58,450 nt of DNA from an uncultured Clostridia bacterium (GCA_937874195.1 CALNBM010000038.1:1-58450), one strand, 5' to 3'. Counted from the stretch's first letter, positions 9,791-19,374 are shown. A program made the numbers and translations. Notes: generated from the sequence alone by a model not told the origin.

Positions 9791-10618
9791 ATGGCAAAAG
9801 TTGTGGATATTAAATTTAAAAAAGCGGGCAGGTCATACGCGTTTGACACTAATAACCTAGTGCTTTCTATTGGCGATAAGGTGGTTATTGAAACAGTGCG
9901 GGGCTTAGAAATTGGCGAAGTTATTAAAGACCCTTACGACGATAATAAAGAACGAAATAAAGTGGTAAGGAAAGCAACTGATGAAGATATTTTTAAACTT
10001 GCTAACTTAAGCAAAAGGAAAGAAGAAATCTGGGAAATTACGCAAACGATTATTGATAAACTAAAACTTGATATGAAAATAGTGGAAGTAGAATTCACAC
10101 TAGATGATAGCAAGGTTATTATAAGTTATGTTTGCGAAGGAAGAGTAGATTTTAGAGATTTAGTTAAAGAGCTTGTTGTGGCGATTAAAAAGCGGGTGGA
10201 GTTGCGACAAATAGGAGTAAGGGACCAAGCAAAAGCCATAGGAGGCTATGGTGCTTGTGGTAAGGAATGTTGTTGTTCTCAATATCTAAACGACTTCGAT
10301 AAAGTGAGTATAAAAATGGCCAAAACGCAAGGGCTTTCACTGAATCCAACTAAAATTAGTGGAGTTTGTGGACGGCTTATGTGTTGTTTAAGCTATGAAA
10401 ATGATGCCTATGCCGAAACTCTTAAACTAATGCCAAAGTTAAACAGCACAGTGCAAACTGAACAAGGTGAGGGAATAGTAACTTTTAACAATTTATTAAA
10501 ACAAACAGTAACTGTAAAGTTTGAAAAGGATAATGAAATAAAGGTTGTTGAACTACCACTAGCGGAAGTAAAACTTAAAAAGCCAACACAGGAAAATCAA
10601 AATGCTAAAAAAAAGTGA
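9791..10618 (+). CDS. ricT: PSP1-domain Fe-S regulatory protein RicT/YaaT
   Basis: RVDFRDLVKEL, RQIGVRD, GGYGACGKECCC, ISGVCGRLMCCLSYE; GGAGG RBS favours ATG at 9791. Confidence 0.96.
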   Translation: MAKVVDIKFKKAGRSYAFDTNNLVLSIGDKVVIETVRGLEIGEVIKDPYDDNKERNKVVRKATDEDIFKLANLSKRKEEIWEITQTIIDKLKLDMKIVEVEFTLDDSKVIISYVCEGRVDFRDLVKELVVAIKKRVELRQIGVRDQAKAIGGYGACGKECCCSQYLNDFDKVSIKMAKTQGLSLNPTKISGVCGRLMCCLSYENDAYAETLKLMPKLNSTVQTEQGEGIVTFNNLLKQTVTVKFEKDNEIKVVELPLAEVKLKKPTQENQNAKKK

Positions 10619-11264
10619 AAAACTAGAAAAATTAAGCGATAATCTGGTGGTGTTACAACATCCAGATGGTTATTGTTTTACCTCTGATGCTATTGAACTT
10701 GCTAATTTTGTTAAAATTAAAAAGGCAAAAGTGGTGGTGGATTTATGTAGTGGAAGCGGTGTTATTGGGCTTATGCTTCATAAAAAACTAAACGCTAGCA
10801 AAACATATCTTGTTGAAATTCAAGAAAGACTTGCTCAGATGAGTAAGCGAAGCGTTGCGCTTAATAATTTAAATGACGAAGTGGAAGTTATTAATAAACC
10901 ACTGCAAAATGTTAGTGAGTTAATAGGCAAAGGGGTTTGTGATATAGTTGTTTGTAATCCACCTTATAAAAAGAAAAGCAGTAGTTTACTTAGTGTTAAT
11001 GAAGAAATTGCGATTGCAAAACATGAAGTAACAGTAACGCTAAAAGAGATTATAGAAGAATGCGAACAACTCTTAAAGTATAGTGGCAAGCTTTATATTA
11101 TCAATAAAGAAGAACGATTGGCGGAAATGATATTCATTATGAAACAGCATTCCATTGAACCTAAAATCCTAAAAATTAGAAAGGCAAAAGGGCTAAATGT
11201 TGTGCTAATTGAAGGAGTTAGAGGTGGTAAAAGCGGTATGAAAATAGAGCTTAATGAGTTTTAA
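10602..11264 (+). CDS. tRNA1(Val) adenine(37)-N6 methyltransferase (YabB/YfiC family)
   Basis: F..DAI.LA.F, SAM motif VDLCSGSGVI, NPPY, IAKHE; synteny. Confidence 0.88.
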   Translation: MLKKSEKLEKLSDNLVVLQHPDGYCFTSDAIELANFVKIKKAKVVVDLCSGSGVIGLMLHKKLNASKTYLVEIQERLAQMSKRSVALNNLNDEVEVINKPLQNVSELIGKGVCDIVVCNPPYKKKSSSLLSVNEEIAIAKHEVTVTLKEIIEECEQLLKYSGKLYIINKEERLAEMIFIMKQHSIEPKILKIRKAKGLNVVLIEGVRGGKSGMKIELNEF

Positions 11265-11447
11265 TTTTGAGTAGTAGAAATATCAATAATTATGAAAGGG
11301 AAATAAAATAATGTCGGTTAAAAACCAGTAAGCAGTCGGTCTGGTGGCTAATTATCAAATAAAAAGAAAAAAAATTAATTGCCGAAAAAAAAGAAATGAA
11401 TAGCGTTTTTACATTAAGCGGTTGAAAAAATTTACGGGAGGCAAATA

Positions 11448-12245
11448 GTGTTATATATAGTGGCAACACCAATTGGAAATTTAGCTGAAATAACTTTTAG
11501 AGCAGTTGAAGTGTTGAATAATGTTTGCTACATTTTATGTGAAGATACTAGAAATAGTATTAAGTTATTAAATCATTATAGTATTAAAAAGCAATTAATT
11601 TCATATCACAAATTTAATGAAAAAGAAAGATTGGACACAGTTATAACTCACCTGAAAGAAGGAAAAGATATTGCACTTATTAGTGATTCGGGAATGCCAT
11701 GCGTTTCTGATCCCGGAAATATTTTAATTAATGAATGTATTGCACAAGATTTGCCGTACACTGTTATATCGGGCGCAAGTGCGCTCATAAACGCATTTGT
11801 GCTTAGCGGATATAATCCACCTTTTTCATTTTTAGGTTTTTTGCCTGCAAAGTTAAAAGACGGAAAAAAACTATTGACCATTTATAAAAATGTAAGCGGT
11901 TGTTTGATTTTTTATTTATCACCACATAATATTGAAAAAATTTTTGAATTTTTGTTTAATGAACTTGGTGATAGAAAGTGTTTCGTGGCTAGAGAAATTT
12001 CTAAGAAATTTGAAGAAGGGGCGCATACCACTCTTAAATTAGGTTACGATGGGAAAGTTAAAGGCGAATTTGTTTTAGTGGTGGAAGGAAAAAACGAAAA
12101 CACTTATGATTTTTCTATTAAAGAACATGTTGAAAAATTGATAAGCGAAGGCTGTGAAAAAAACTCTGCGATAAAACAAGTGGCGGAGTTAAGAAATGTT
12201 AAAAAAAGTGAAGTTTATAAGTTGATGATAGAAAGCGATAACTAA
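11448..12245 (+). CDS. rsmI: 16S rRNA (cytidine1402-2'-O)-methyltransferase
   Basis: LYIVATPIGNL, CEDTR, SDSGMPCVSDPG, REISKKFEE, KGEFVLVV. Confidence 0.97.
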   Translation: MLYIVATPIGNLAEITFRAVEVLNNVCYILCEDTRNSIKLLNHYSIKKQLISYHKFNEKERLDTVITHLKEGKDIALISDSGMPCVSDPGNILINECIAQDLPYTVISGASALINAFVLSGYNPPFSFLGFLPAKLKDGKKLLTIYKNVSGCLIFYLSPHNIEKIFEFLFNELGDRKCFVAREISKKFEEGAHTTLKLGYDGKVKGEFVLVVEGKNENTYDFSIKEHVEKLISEGCEKNSAIKQVAELRNVKKSEVYKLMIESDN

Positions 12246-12425
12246 AATTAATAAACTGTGATATGAAAAATAAAAACGGAAAAATCCTATTATAAGAAGA
12301 TTAATAGAGTTAGATATTTAATTTCATATTATGTAATAAATATAAAAAACGATAAGTTGTTAATAAAAAGAGATAATACAACCAATTTTGTGAAATGCCC
12401 CAGGTGTTTCCTATTGTTTTAAATT

Positions 12426-12457
12426 AAAAAAAATACTCAAAATAATGAGTATTTTTT
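12426..12457. terminator. Bidirectional terminator between rsmI and the paralog array
   Basis: AAAAAAAATACTCA-AAATAA-TGAGTATTTTTT. Confidence 0.7.
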
Positions 12458-12507
12458 CATTTGCATACTATAAAACTAAATAGCATTGCTAGTGATAATA
12501 TAAATCT

Positions 12508-13662
12508 CTATCTTTCCATAGATGATTCATCCTTTTTTAAATTTATTCCGCCATCTGCGCTTTTAAAATGGTCGTAAACCTTCATATACATCTCATAGGC
12601 TTTAAGGCTATAATCTTCACATTCTGGCAACTTAGATAAATCTTTATCAGTAGTATAATACATTACTTGCATGTTTGCATCAAGAAGTTTGTTTTTGCTA
12701 TTTGCATCCAATTTGCTAAGAATTGGTAAGCACTCTAAGGTTTTCATTTCATTAGTGTGCTTGTTAATTTTATCAAGATATAATTTATCATGTCCCGTTG
12801 CATGTTCTGCAAACATGTTGTTTAACTGTCTGCTTTGTTCTGCATAGGCTCTTCGTTCTATGGGTGAAAAGTAGTATAGTTCGGTTTGCATATAATTTAT
12901 AAATGTTTGTATGGAATTAACGGGAGTAATAACTTTTGGCACAATTTGAGACGCCAAATTTTTTGCAAGTAACACACTATTTATATCTGTTTCGGGCACT
13001 TGAGTTATATCTATATCTATTAGTTTTTTAGGATTTGATTTTAAAAGTTCCTTAAGATTGATTTTCTTATGTTTAATATGAGTGATATCAATATCAGGAT
13101 TTGAAAAGTCATTGTAATGGACCATTTCATGAATTAAACCGCTGGCCATATAAATACCTGTATCTAATAAAGAGGAATCCAAGTAAATAGAGTTTGTTTT
13201 GATACTGTAAGTGCAAGCACCTCCCATGTTGCCTACAATATTAGAATCTGGCGAGATAAAATTCATAGGGGGTAGGTCTGCGTTACTAGATTGTGCGGAT
13301 TGTAGCCAATGAAGAATAGTATATTTCTGTGAAAAATCAAGCCTAGCCCAATTTTTTGAAAGAAAGGCTTGGTTAAAATCGTCTTTTTTATAAGTTATCT
13401 TTTTTCCCAACATTGTTTGGATATTTATTTCATCGCAATCAAGCAAATATTTTTCTCTTATATAATCATTTTGAAAGTTCATAATATCTTCAGAGGTAAT
13501 CTTGCAGTTGCGTGATTTTTCAAGGGCATCAAATTTTTCTTTACATTCTTGACTGTTTAATTCTTTTTGCAAAATAGATGGAAGATTAACTAAGTTTTCA
13601 TTAAACTTTTTCATAAAGTCATCATGCTGGCTTTCACTTTGAATTGGTTTGTTTATTTCCAT
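12508..13662 (-). CDS. HExxH zincin-like protein, paralog 1 of 5
   Basis: LIHEMVH plus downstream YYFSPIERRA; start moved to ATG 13662 (AAGGAG RBS, promoter just upstream); ends SSMER. Confidence 0.8.
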   Translation of the reverse strand: MEINKPIQSESQHDDFMKKFNENLVNLPSILQKELNSQECKEKFDALEKSRNCKITSEDIMNFQNDYIREKYLLDCDEINIQTMLGKKITYKKDDFNQAFLSKNWARLDFSQKYTILHWLQSAQSSNADLPPMNFISPDSNIVGNMGGACTYSIKTNSIYLDSSLLDTGIYMASGLIHEMVHYNDFSNPDIDITHIKHKKINLKELLKSNPKKLIDIDITQVPETDINSVLLAKNLASQIVPKVITPVNSIQTFINYMQTELYYFSPIERRAYAEQSRQLNNMFAEHATGHDKLYLDKINKHTNEMKTLECLPILSKLDANSKNKLLDANMQVMYYTTDKDLSKLPECEDYSLKAYEMYMKVYDHFKSADGGINLKKDESSMER

Positions 13663-13691
13663 GTGTCTTTTTCTCCTTCTAACTTTAAAGT

Positions 13692-13720
13692 AGTATAACA
13701 TTAAAAAAGCAAGAAATCAA
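13692..13720 (-). promoter_or_regulatory. sigma-A promoter of paralog 1
   Basis: TTGATT-N17-TATACT with extended -10 TG. Confidence 0.8.
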
Positions 13721-13767
13721 GAAGTGATTAGAGTAAATTGGCAGTAATTGAATATGAAAGAAGATAA

Positions 13768-14925
13768 CTATCTCTCTAAAGATAATTCGCCATCTTCGTT
13801 TTTAAGGTAATTATAAATATTATTAAAATTTTTATTATTTTCATGTTCATATTTATCACATTCTGGCGACTTATACAAATCATCATGACGACTATAATAG
13901 TTTGCTTGCATAGTTGCATTAAGTAGCTCGTTACTGCTATCTTCACCTAGTCTTTTAAGAACTGGTGCGTAGCTGAGTGATTCGATTTTATTCGTGTGTC
14001 TATTAATTTTATTTAGCATTAATCTGTCATATCCTCTCACTTGATCTGCGAACATGATATTTAACTGTCTGCTTTCTTCTGCGTATGCCTTTTTTTCTAT
14101 AGGTGAAAAGTAGTACAGTTCGTTTTGCATGTATTTTATAAATGCGTCTATGGAATCAACATCATTAATTTTTGTGCCTGTTCTGGTTATTGGAGACAGA
14201 ATGTTTTTGTAAAATAAAACACTGTTCCAATCTGATTTATCCACCTGAGATAAATCTATATCTATTATTTTTTCATTATATTTTTTTCTTAAATATTTCT
14301 TTAGGTTTTCTTCTTTATTATTAATTTGTACGATACTATTAACATCAAGATTTAAAAAGTTTTTATAATGGTCCATTTCATGAATTAATGCGCTGGCTAT
14401 GTTGAGACCGGAATCTAAGAAAGAGGGATTCAAATAAATTGACTTTGTTTTATAATTATAAGAATCGTTCACATTTCCTACCATATTAAAGTCTGGCGAA
14501 ATAAAATTAATAGAGGGAAGCTGGTTGTGATTAGTGGATAATGTAGACTGCAACCAATGAAGAATAGTATATTTTTGCGAAAAATCTAGCCCACTCCAAT
14601 TTTTTGAAAGAAAAGCATGGTTAAAATCATCTTTTTTATATGATATTTTTTTCCCCAATATTGTTTGTGTTTTTATTTCATCACAATTTAGCACAAAATT
14701 TGCTCTTAGATATTCATTTTGAAAATTGCTAATGCTATCTAAGGAAAAGACGCCCTCATTTGATCTTTCAAATGAATCAAATTTTTCTTTATAATCTGCG
14801 TTGTCTAACTTTTTTTGTAAAATCGTTGGAAGTTTAACTATACTTGCTTGATAATAAAATTCATTAAACTTTATCCGTAAGCCATCTTTTTGGATTTCAC
14901 TTTGAACTGGATTATTTCTTTCCAT
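13768..14925 (-). CDS. HExxH zincin-like protein, paralog 2 of 5
   Basis: LIHEMDH, YYFSPIEKKA; start moved to ATG 14925 (AAGGAG RBS); ends LSLER. Confidence 0.8.
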   Translation of the reverse strand: MERNNPVQSEIQKDGLRIKFNEFYYQASIVKLPTILQKKLDNADYKEKFDSFERSNEGVFSLDSISNFQNEYLRANFVLNCDEIKTQTILGKKISYKKDDFNHAFLSKNWSGLDFSQKYTILHWLQSTLSTNHNQLPSINFISPDFNMVGNVNDSYNYKTKSIYLNPSFLDSGLNIASALIHEMDHYKNFLNLDVNSIVQINNKEENLKKYLRKKYNEKIIDIDLSQVDKSDWNSVLFYKNILSPITRTGTKINDVDSIDAFIKYMQNELYYFSPIEKKAYAEESRQLNIMFADQVRGYDRLMLNKINRHTNKIESLSYAPVLKRLGEDSSNELLNATMQANYYSRHDDLYKSPECDKYEHENNKNFNNIYNYLKNEDGELSLER

Positions 14926-14953
14926 GCGTCTTTTCTCCTTTAATTTTAAAAAA

Positions 14954-14982
14954 AGTATAACATTAAAAAAACAAGGAATCAA
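14954..14982 (-). promoter_or_regulatory. sigma-A promoter of paralog 2
   Basis: TTGATT-N17-TATACT with extended -10 TG. Confidence 0.8.
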
Positions 14983-15295
14983 TAGTGAATTTTAAAAAAA
15001 TTTAAAAATAATAGAAGTTTTGAAAATTTGATTATTTTATATATATGCAACAAAAAAACTTTGCAAATAAGGCGAGTTGTCTAGTATAAATTATAAAAAT
15101 TAATAATAAAAAGTGGGTTCACAGAAATTCCATAATTAAACAGTATTAAAAATACATATTTTTGACTATTTTAAAATTATCTTATTAGAAATTACTTTCT
15201 ATTTATAAACAACGGAAATAAATATTTATAAAAATTTTTTCTATGCTGAAATTATGTAACATGTTTTAAGAATAAAATATAAAATTATAGACAAC

Positions 15296-16444
15296 CTATC
15301 TTTCCAAAATTTTACCGTTTTTGTTTTTAAAATGGTCGTAAATATCATTAAACATATTATTGAGTTTGTGATCATAGTTATAGAACTTTGTTGTCATATC
15401 CAAATCAGAATAAATGTAATAGTCAGTTTGCATGGATTTATCAAGTAGTAAATCTCTGCTAGATTCGTTTAATCTTTTAAGAATAGGTGAGTAGCATAGT
15501 GATTGAATATTGTAAGATTTTTTATTAATATTATCTAGTTTTTTCTTATCTATCCCTTCCACTGATTTTGCTATCATGGTGTTTAACTGTCTGCTTTCTT
15601 CTGCGTATGCTTTTTTTTCTATAGGTGAAAGGTAGTATAGTTCATTTTGCATATAGCGTTTAAATGATTTTATAGAATTAACATCGCATCTTTCTGTGTC
15701 TGTTGCTTCTATTGGGGATATAATGTTTTTTAAAAATAAAACACTATTCCAATCTGCTTTGTTCACTTGAGATAAATCTATATCTATTGCTTTTTTACTA
15801 TTTTTTGTATTTAAATAATTTTTAAGATTTATTTCCTTTTTGCTAACTTGTATAAAGTTCTTAATATCAGGATTCAAATGACTGTTGAAGTGATCCATTT
15901 CATGAATCAATGTGCAAGCTATGTTGATACCTGAATTTAAGGTTGAAAAATCCAAATAAATTAAATTAGTTGCGTCAAAATAAGCACCTATCTCGTCTTG
16001 AGTAATATATGGTGAAATAAAATTGATAGAAGGAAGGTTAGTGTGAACTGATAGTGTGGACTGTAGCCAGTGAAGAATAGTATATCGCTGTGAAAAATTA
16101 AGTCCACCCCAATTTTTTGAAAGAAAAGCGTGGTTAAAATCATCCTTTTTTATTGTTACTTTTTTACCCGTTAATGAGCGTGTTTTTATTTCATCACAAT
16201 CGAGTACATACCTTTCTCTTAGATACTTATTTTGAAAGTTAGCAATATGCTCTTCATAAGTTAAAATATCGTCAGTATTTGAATTTTCAAATACAGTAAA
16301 TAGTTCTATATAATCATGATTTAAAAATAATTTTCTTAATCCTTTTGGAAGTGTGTTCAGTTGACTATTATCTTTTTTAGATATTATTCTAAAATTTCCT
16401 AAACCTTCTTCAAACTGTTTATCATGTGTTGTACTTAGTTCCAT
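15296..16444 (-). CDS. HExxH zincin-like protein, paralog 3 of 5
   Basis: LIHEMDH, YYLSPIEKKA; ends KILER. Confidence 0.8.
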   Translation of the reverse strand: MELSTTHDKQFEEGLGNFRIISKKDNSQLNTLPKGLRKLFLNHDYIELFTVFENSNTDDILTYEEHIANFQNKYLRERYVLDCDEIKTRSLTGKKVTIKKDDFNHAFLSKNWGGLNFSQRYTILHWLQSTLSVHTNLPSINFISPYITQDEIGAYFDATNLIYLDFSTLNSGINIACTLIHEMDHFNSHLNPDIKNFIQVSKKEINLKNYLNTKNSKKAIDIDLSQVNKADWNSVLFLKNIISPIEATDTERCDVNSIKSFKRYMQNELYYLSPIEKKAYAEESRQLNTMIAKSVEGIDKKKLDNINKKSYNIQSLCYSPILKRLNESSRDLLLDKSMQTDYYIYSDLDMTTKFYNYDHKLNNMFNDIYDHFKNKNGKILER

Positions 16445-16651
16445 TTTTTTTCCTTCTAATTTTTTGTAAGTATTATAACATTAAAAAAGCAAGTAATCAA
16501 TAGTGAATTATAAGATTGAAAAGGTAAATTTAAATTCGAAACAACTGCCAAAAAACCCCGACCATAAAATGAATGGCAGAGTTGGGAAAGTAAGTTTAGT
16601 AAATTATGATAGAAATTTATAAAATAAGTGATAAATTTTAAAAACCTATCT
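16405..16651. repeat. ~245-bp direct repeat, copy A (5' end of a paralog + promoter + intergenic region + 3' end of next paralog)
   Basis: Near-identical to 17773-18017, e.g. AAAAAACCCCGACCATAAAATGAATGGCAGAGTTGGGAAAGT in both. Confidence 0.92.
16472..16500 (-). promoter_or_regulatory. sigma-A promoter of paralog 3
   Basis: TTGATT-N17-TATAAT with extended -10 TG. Confidence 0.85.
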
Positions 16652-17812
16652 CCCCAAAGATAATTTGCCATTTTTGTCTTTAAAATGGTTATAAATTCCA
16701 ATGTACATGGCATCGGCTTCATATTCATATTTAACACATTTTTGCGACATATATAAATCACTATTAGAATTATAATAATTTACTTGAAATACTGTATCAA
16801 GTAAATTATATTTATTAGTATCGTTTAATTCTTTAAGAACTGGCGAATATTTTAATAATTGAATTTTATCAGCGTGTTTTTTAATTTCATCTAATACCGC
16901 TCTATCCAAGTACTTCATCGGTTGATGTGTCATCATTGAGGTTAACTTCCTGCTTTCTTCTGTGAAGGCTCTTCTTTCTATAGGTGAAAAGTAATATAGT
17001 TCGTTTTGCATATATTGTTTAAATGATGTCGTGGAATTAACGTCAGTATTATGTGTTTTTGTTGTTCCTATTGGGGATAAAATGTTTTTTAAAAATAAAA
17101 CACTATTCCAATCTGCTTTGTTCACTTGAAATAAATCTATATCTATTGCATCAATTTGTCTATATTTTGATATTAGATAATTTTTAAGAGAAACTTCCTT
17201 GTTATTAATCTGTACATAGTCATTAATATCAGGTTTGTTTAAACCATTAAAATGGTCCATTTCATGTATTAAATTACCAGCCATGTAAATACCTAAATTT
17301 AGGTTGGAGAAGTTTAAATAAAGTGAGTTTGTTCTATAATTGTAAGAACCTGCGCTGTTTGTAGTATATGGCAAAATAAAATCAATAGGGGGAAGTGGTT
17401 TGTGATTAGTGGATAGCGTAGACTGTAACCAGTGAAGAATAGTATATCGCTGTGAAAAATCAAGTCCACCCCAATTATTTGAAAGAAAAGCGTGGTTAAA
17501 ATCATCTTTTTTTATTGTTATTTTTTTACCCTTTAATGAGCGTGCTTTTATTTCATCACAATTAAGCAAATGCTTTTCTCTTAGATACTTATTTTGAAAG
17601 TTTACAATATCTTTATGATTTAAAACAACGCCCTTTGAATTTTCAAATGCGGCAAATCTTTCTTTATAATCTTTATCACATAAAATATATTTTAACTCTT
17701 TCGGAAGAGTATTTAGTTGACTATTATAAAAGTTTTTTATGGATTTTATTGTTTTTATAAAATCTTCTAAAACTTCTTCAAACTGTTTATCATGTGTTGT
17801 ACTTAGTTCCAT
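16646..17812 (-). CDS. HExxH zincin-like protein, paralog 4 of 5
   Basis: LIHEMDH, YYFSPIERRA; ends LSLGR. Confidence 0.8.
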   Translation of the reverse strand: MELSTTHDKQFEEVLEDFIKTIKSIKNFYNSQLNTLPKELKYILCDKDYKERFAAFENSKGVVLNHKDIVNFQNKYLREKHLLNCDEIKARSLKGKKITIKKDDFNHAFLSNNWGGLDFSQRYTILHWLQSTLSTNHKPLPPIDFILPYTTNSAGSYNYRTNSLYLNFSNLNLGIYMAGNLIHEMDHFNGLNKPDINDYVQINNKEVSLKNYLISKYRQIDAIDIDLFQVNKADWNSVLFLKNILSPIGTTKTHNTDVNSTTSFKQYMQNELYYFSPIERRAFTEESRKLTSMMTHQPMKYLDRAVLDEIKKHADKIQLLKYSPVLKELNDTNKYNLLDTVFQVNYYNSNSDLYMSQKCVKYEYEADAMYIGIYNHFKDKNGKLSLGR

Positions 17813-18017
17813 TTTTTTCCTTCTAATTTTTTGTAAATATTATAACATTAAAAAAACTAGGAATCAATAGTGAATTTTAAGATTGGAAAAAGTAAATTTA
17901 AATTCGAAATAACGGCAAAAAAACCCCGACCATAAAATGAATGGCAGAGTTGGGAAAGTGAGTTTAGTAAATATGATAGAAATTTATATAATAGTGATAA
18001 ATTTTAAAAACCTATCT
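17773..18017. repeat. ~245-bp direct repeat, copy B
   Basis: Near-identical to 16405-16651. Confidence 0.92.
17839..17867 (-). promoter_or_regulatory. sigma-A promoter of paralog 4
   Basis: TTGATT-N17-TATAAT with extended -10 TG. Confidence 0.85.
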
Positions 18018-18150
18018 ATCCAAAAAATTAATTCGCTTTTTTTGTTTTATAGGGGTTATCCTCATATATACCGCGGTTTTATTTTCTTATTCGGCGTATT
18101 TTTATAAGTTATCCAAATCTCATAACGGAGATAATACTCTGTTTTATGAT
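18012..18150 (-). pseudogene. Degenerate 3' remnant of a sixth HExxH paralog
   Basis: Repeat B continues into CCTATCTATCCAAAA..TAATTCGC, equivalent to the stop/last codons of the other paralogs (reads ...LDR* on minus); further patches (ATCCAAATC, TAATACTCTGTTT) resemble the paralog 3 3' end; no intact ORF. Confidence 0.55.
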
Positions 18151-18171
18151 GGGTAAGGTATAACAATAAGA

Positions 18172-19323
18172 TTATCTTTCTTCTCCAAAGATAATTTCAC
18201 CGTTTTGGCCTTTAAAATAGTCATAGATTTCAATAAGCATACCGTTAGTTTTGATGGCATATTTTGAATATGATTGTGTCGTGCCTAAATCATTATTAAG
18301 GTAATAGTTTGTTTGCATAGTTTTATTAAACAGCTCATTTTTTATGTCATCGTCCAAATTTTTTAGAACGGGTGCTATGTTTAATGATTGAACATCATTT
18401 GAGCGTTTGTTAATTTCATCTAATATCAATCTGTCCAAGAATTTCACCGATTGATTCTCCATCATAGTGTTTAAATGTCTACTTTGTTCTGCGAATGCTT
18501 TTCTTTCTATGGGTGAAAAAATATAAAGTTCGTTTTGCATGTATTGTTTAAATGTCATAAATGAATTAACATCACTATTATGTGTTTTTGTTGTTTCTAT
18601 CGGAGATAAAATGTTTTTTAAAAATAAAACACTATTCCTATCTGTTTGAGGTACTTGAAATATATCTATATCTATTGCATCAATTTGTCTATATTTTGAT
18701 GTTAAATAATTTTTAAGGTTTATCTCGTTGTCACTAATTTTTATAACTTTGTTAATATCCGGATTGGTCAAACAGTTGAAGTGATCCATTTCATGAATTA
18801 AAGCGCTAGCTATGAAGAGACCTGAGTTTAGGTTGGAGAATTTTAAATAAATTGCATTAATATTACGAAAGTAAGAAGCATCACCATCATTATTGGGAGA
18901 TGTTGAAATAAAATCAATAGTGGGAAGGTTGGGTTTAGTTGATAGTGTGGACTGCAACCAATGAAGAATGGTATATTTTTGCGAAAAATTTAGCCCACCC
19001 CAATTATCTGAAAGAAAAGCGTGATTAAAGTCATCCTTTTTTATTGTTATTTTTTTACCAGTTAATGAGCGAGCTTTTATTTCGTCGCTATCAAGCAGAT
19101 GCTTTTCTCTTAGATAATTATTTTGAAAGTTTGTAATATCTCCATATGTTAAAATACTGCCCGAATATGATTTTTCAAATTTGGCGTATTGCTTAAAATA
19201 ATCTTCGTTAAATAAAATATTCTTTATTCCTTCCGGAAGATTAATTTTATTATGAGGGTTCGGAGCTATTATTTCTAAAAATTTTTCAAAAAGCTCTTCA
19301 TTATATCTTGAATTAGATTCCAT
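18172..19323 (-). CDS. HExxH zincin-like protein, paralog 5 of 5
   Basis: LIHEMDH, YIFSPIERKA; start moved to ATG 19323 (GGAG RBS); ends IFGEER. Confidence 0.8.
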   Translation of the reverse strand: MESNSRYNEELFEKFLEIIAPNPHNKINLPEGIKNILFNEDYFKQYAKFEKSYSGSILTYGDITNFQNNYLREKHLLDSDEIKARSLTGKKITIKKDDFNHAFLSDNWGGLNFSQKYTILHWLQSTLSTKPNLPTIDFISTSPNNDGDASYFRNINAIYLKFSNLNSGLFIASALIHEMDHFNCLTNPDINKVIKISDNEINLKNYLTSKYRQIDAIDIDIFQVPQTDRNSVLFLKNILSPIETTKTHNSDVNSFMTFKQYMQNELYIFSPIERKAFAEQSRHLNTMMENQSVKFLDRLILDEINKRSNDVQSLNIAPVLKNLDDDIKNELFNKTMQTNYYLNNDLGTTQSYSKYAIKTNGMLIEIYDYFKGQNGEIIFGEER

Positions 19324-19345
19324 TATGTTTCTCCATCTTAGTAAA

Positions 19346-19374
19346 AGTTTAACATGGAAAAACCAAGAAATCAA
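19346..19374 (-). promoter_or_regulatory. sigma-A promoter of paralog 5
   Basis: TTGATT-N17-TAAACT with extended -10 TG. Confidence 0.75.

Noticed and set aside
11265-11447. Possible yazA (GIY-YIG) remnant reading YQIKRKKINCRKKRNE
   Set aside because: Low-complexity A-rich sequence gives Lys/Arg-rich translations by chance; no GIY/YIG motif seen.
16456-16761. 101-aa minus-strand ORF between paralogs 4 and 3 as a possible immunity gene
   Set aside because: It overlaps the paralog 4 3' end in another frame, runs through the paralog 3 promoter, and has no counterpart at the other junctions.
12508-19374. Diversity-generating retroelement or invertase-driven cassette switching
   Set aside because: No reverse transcriptase or recombinase nearby, all copies are co-oriented with their own promoters, and differences are not adenine-specific.
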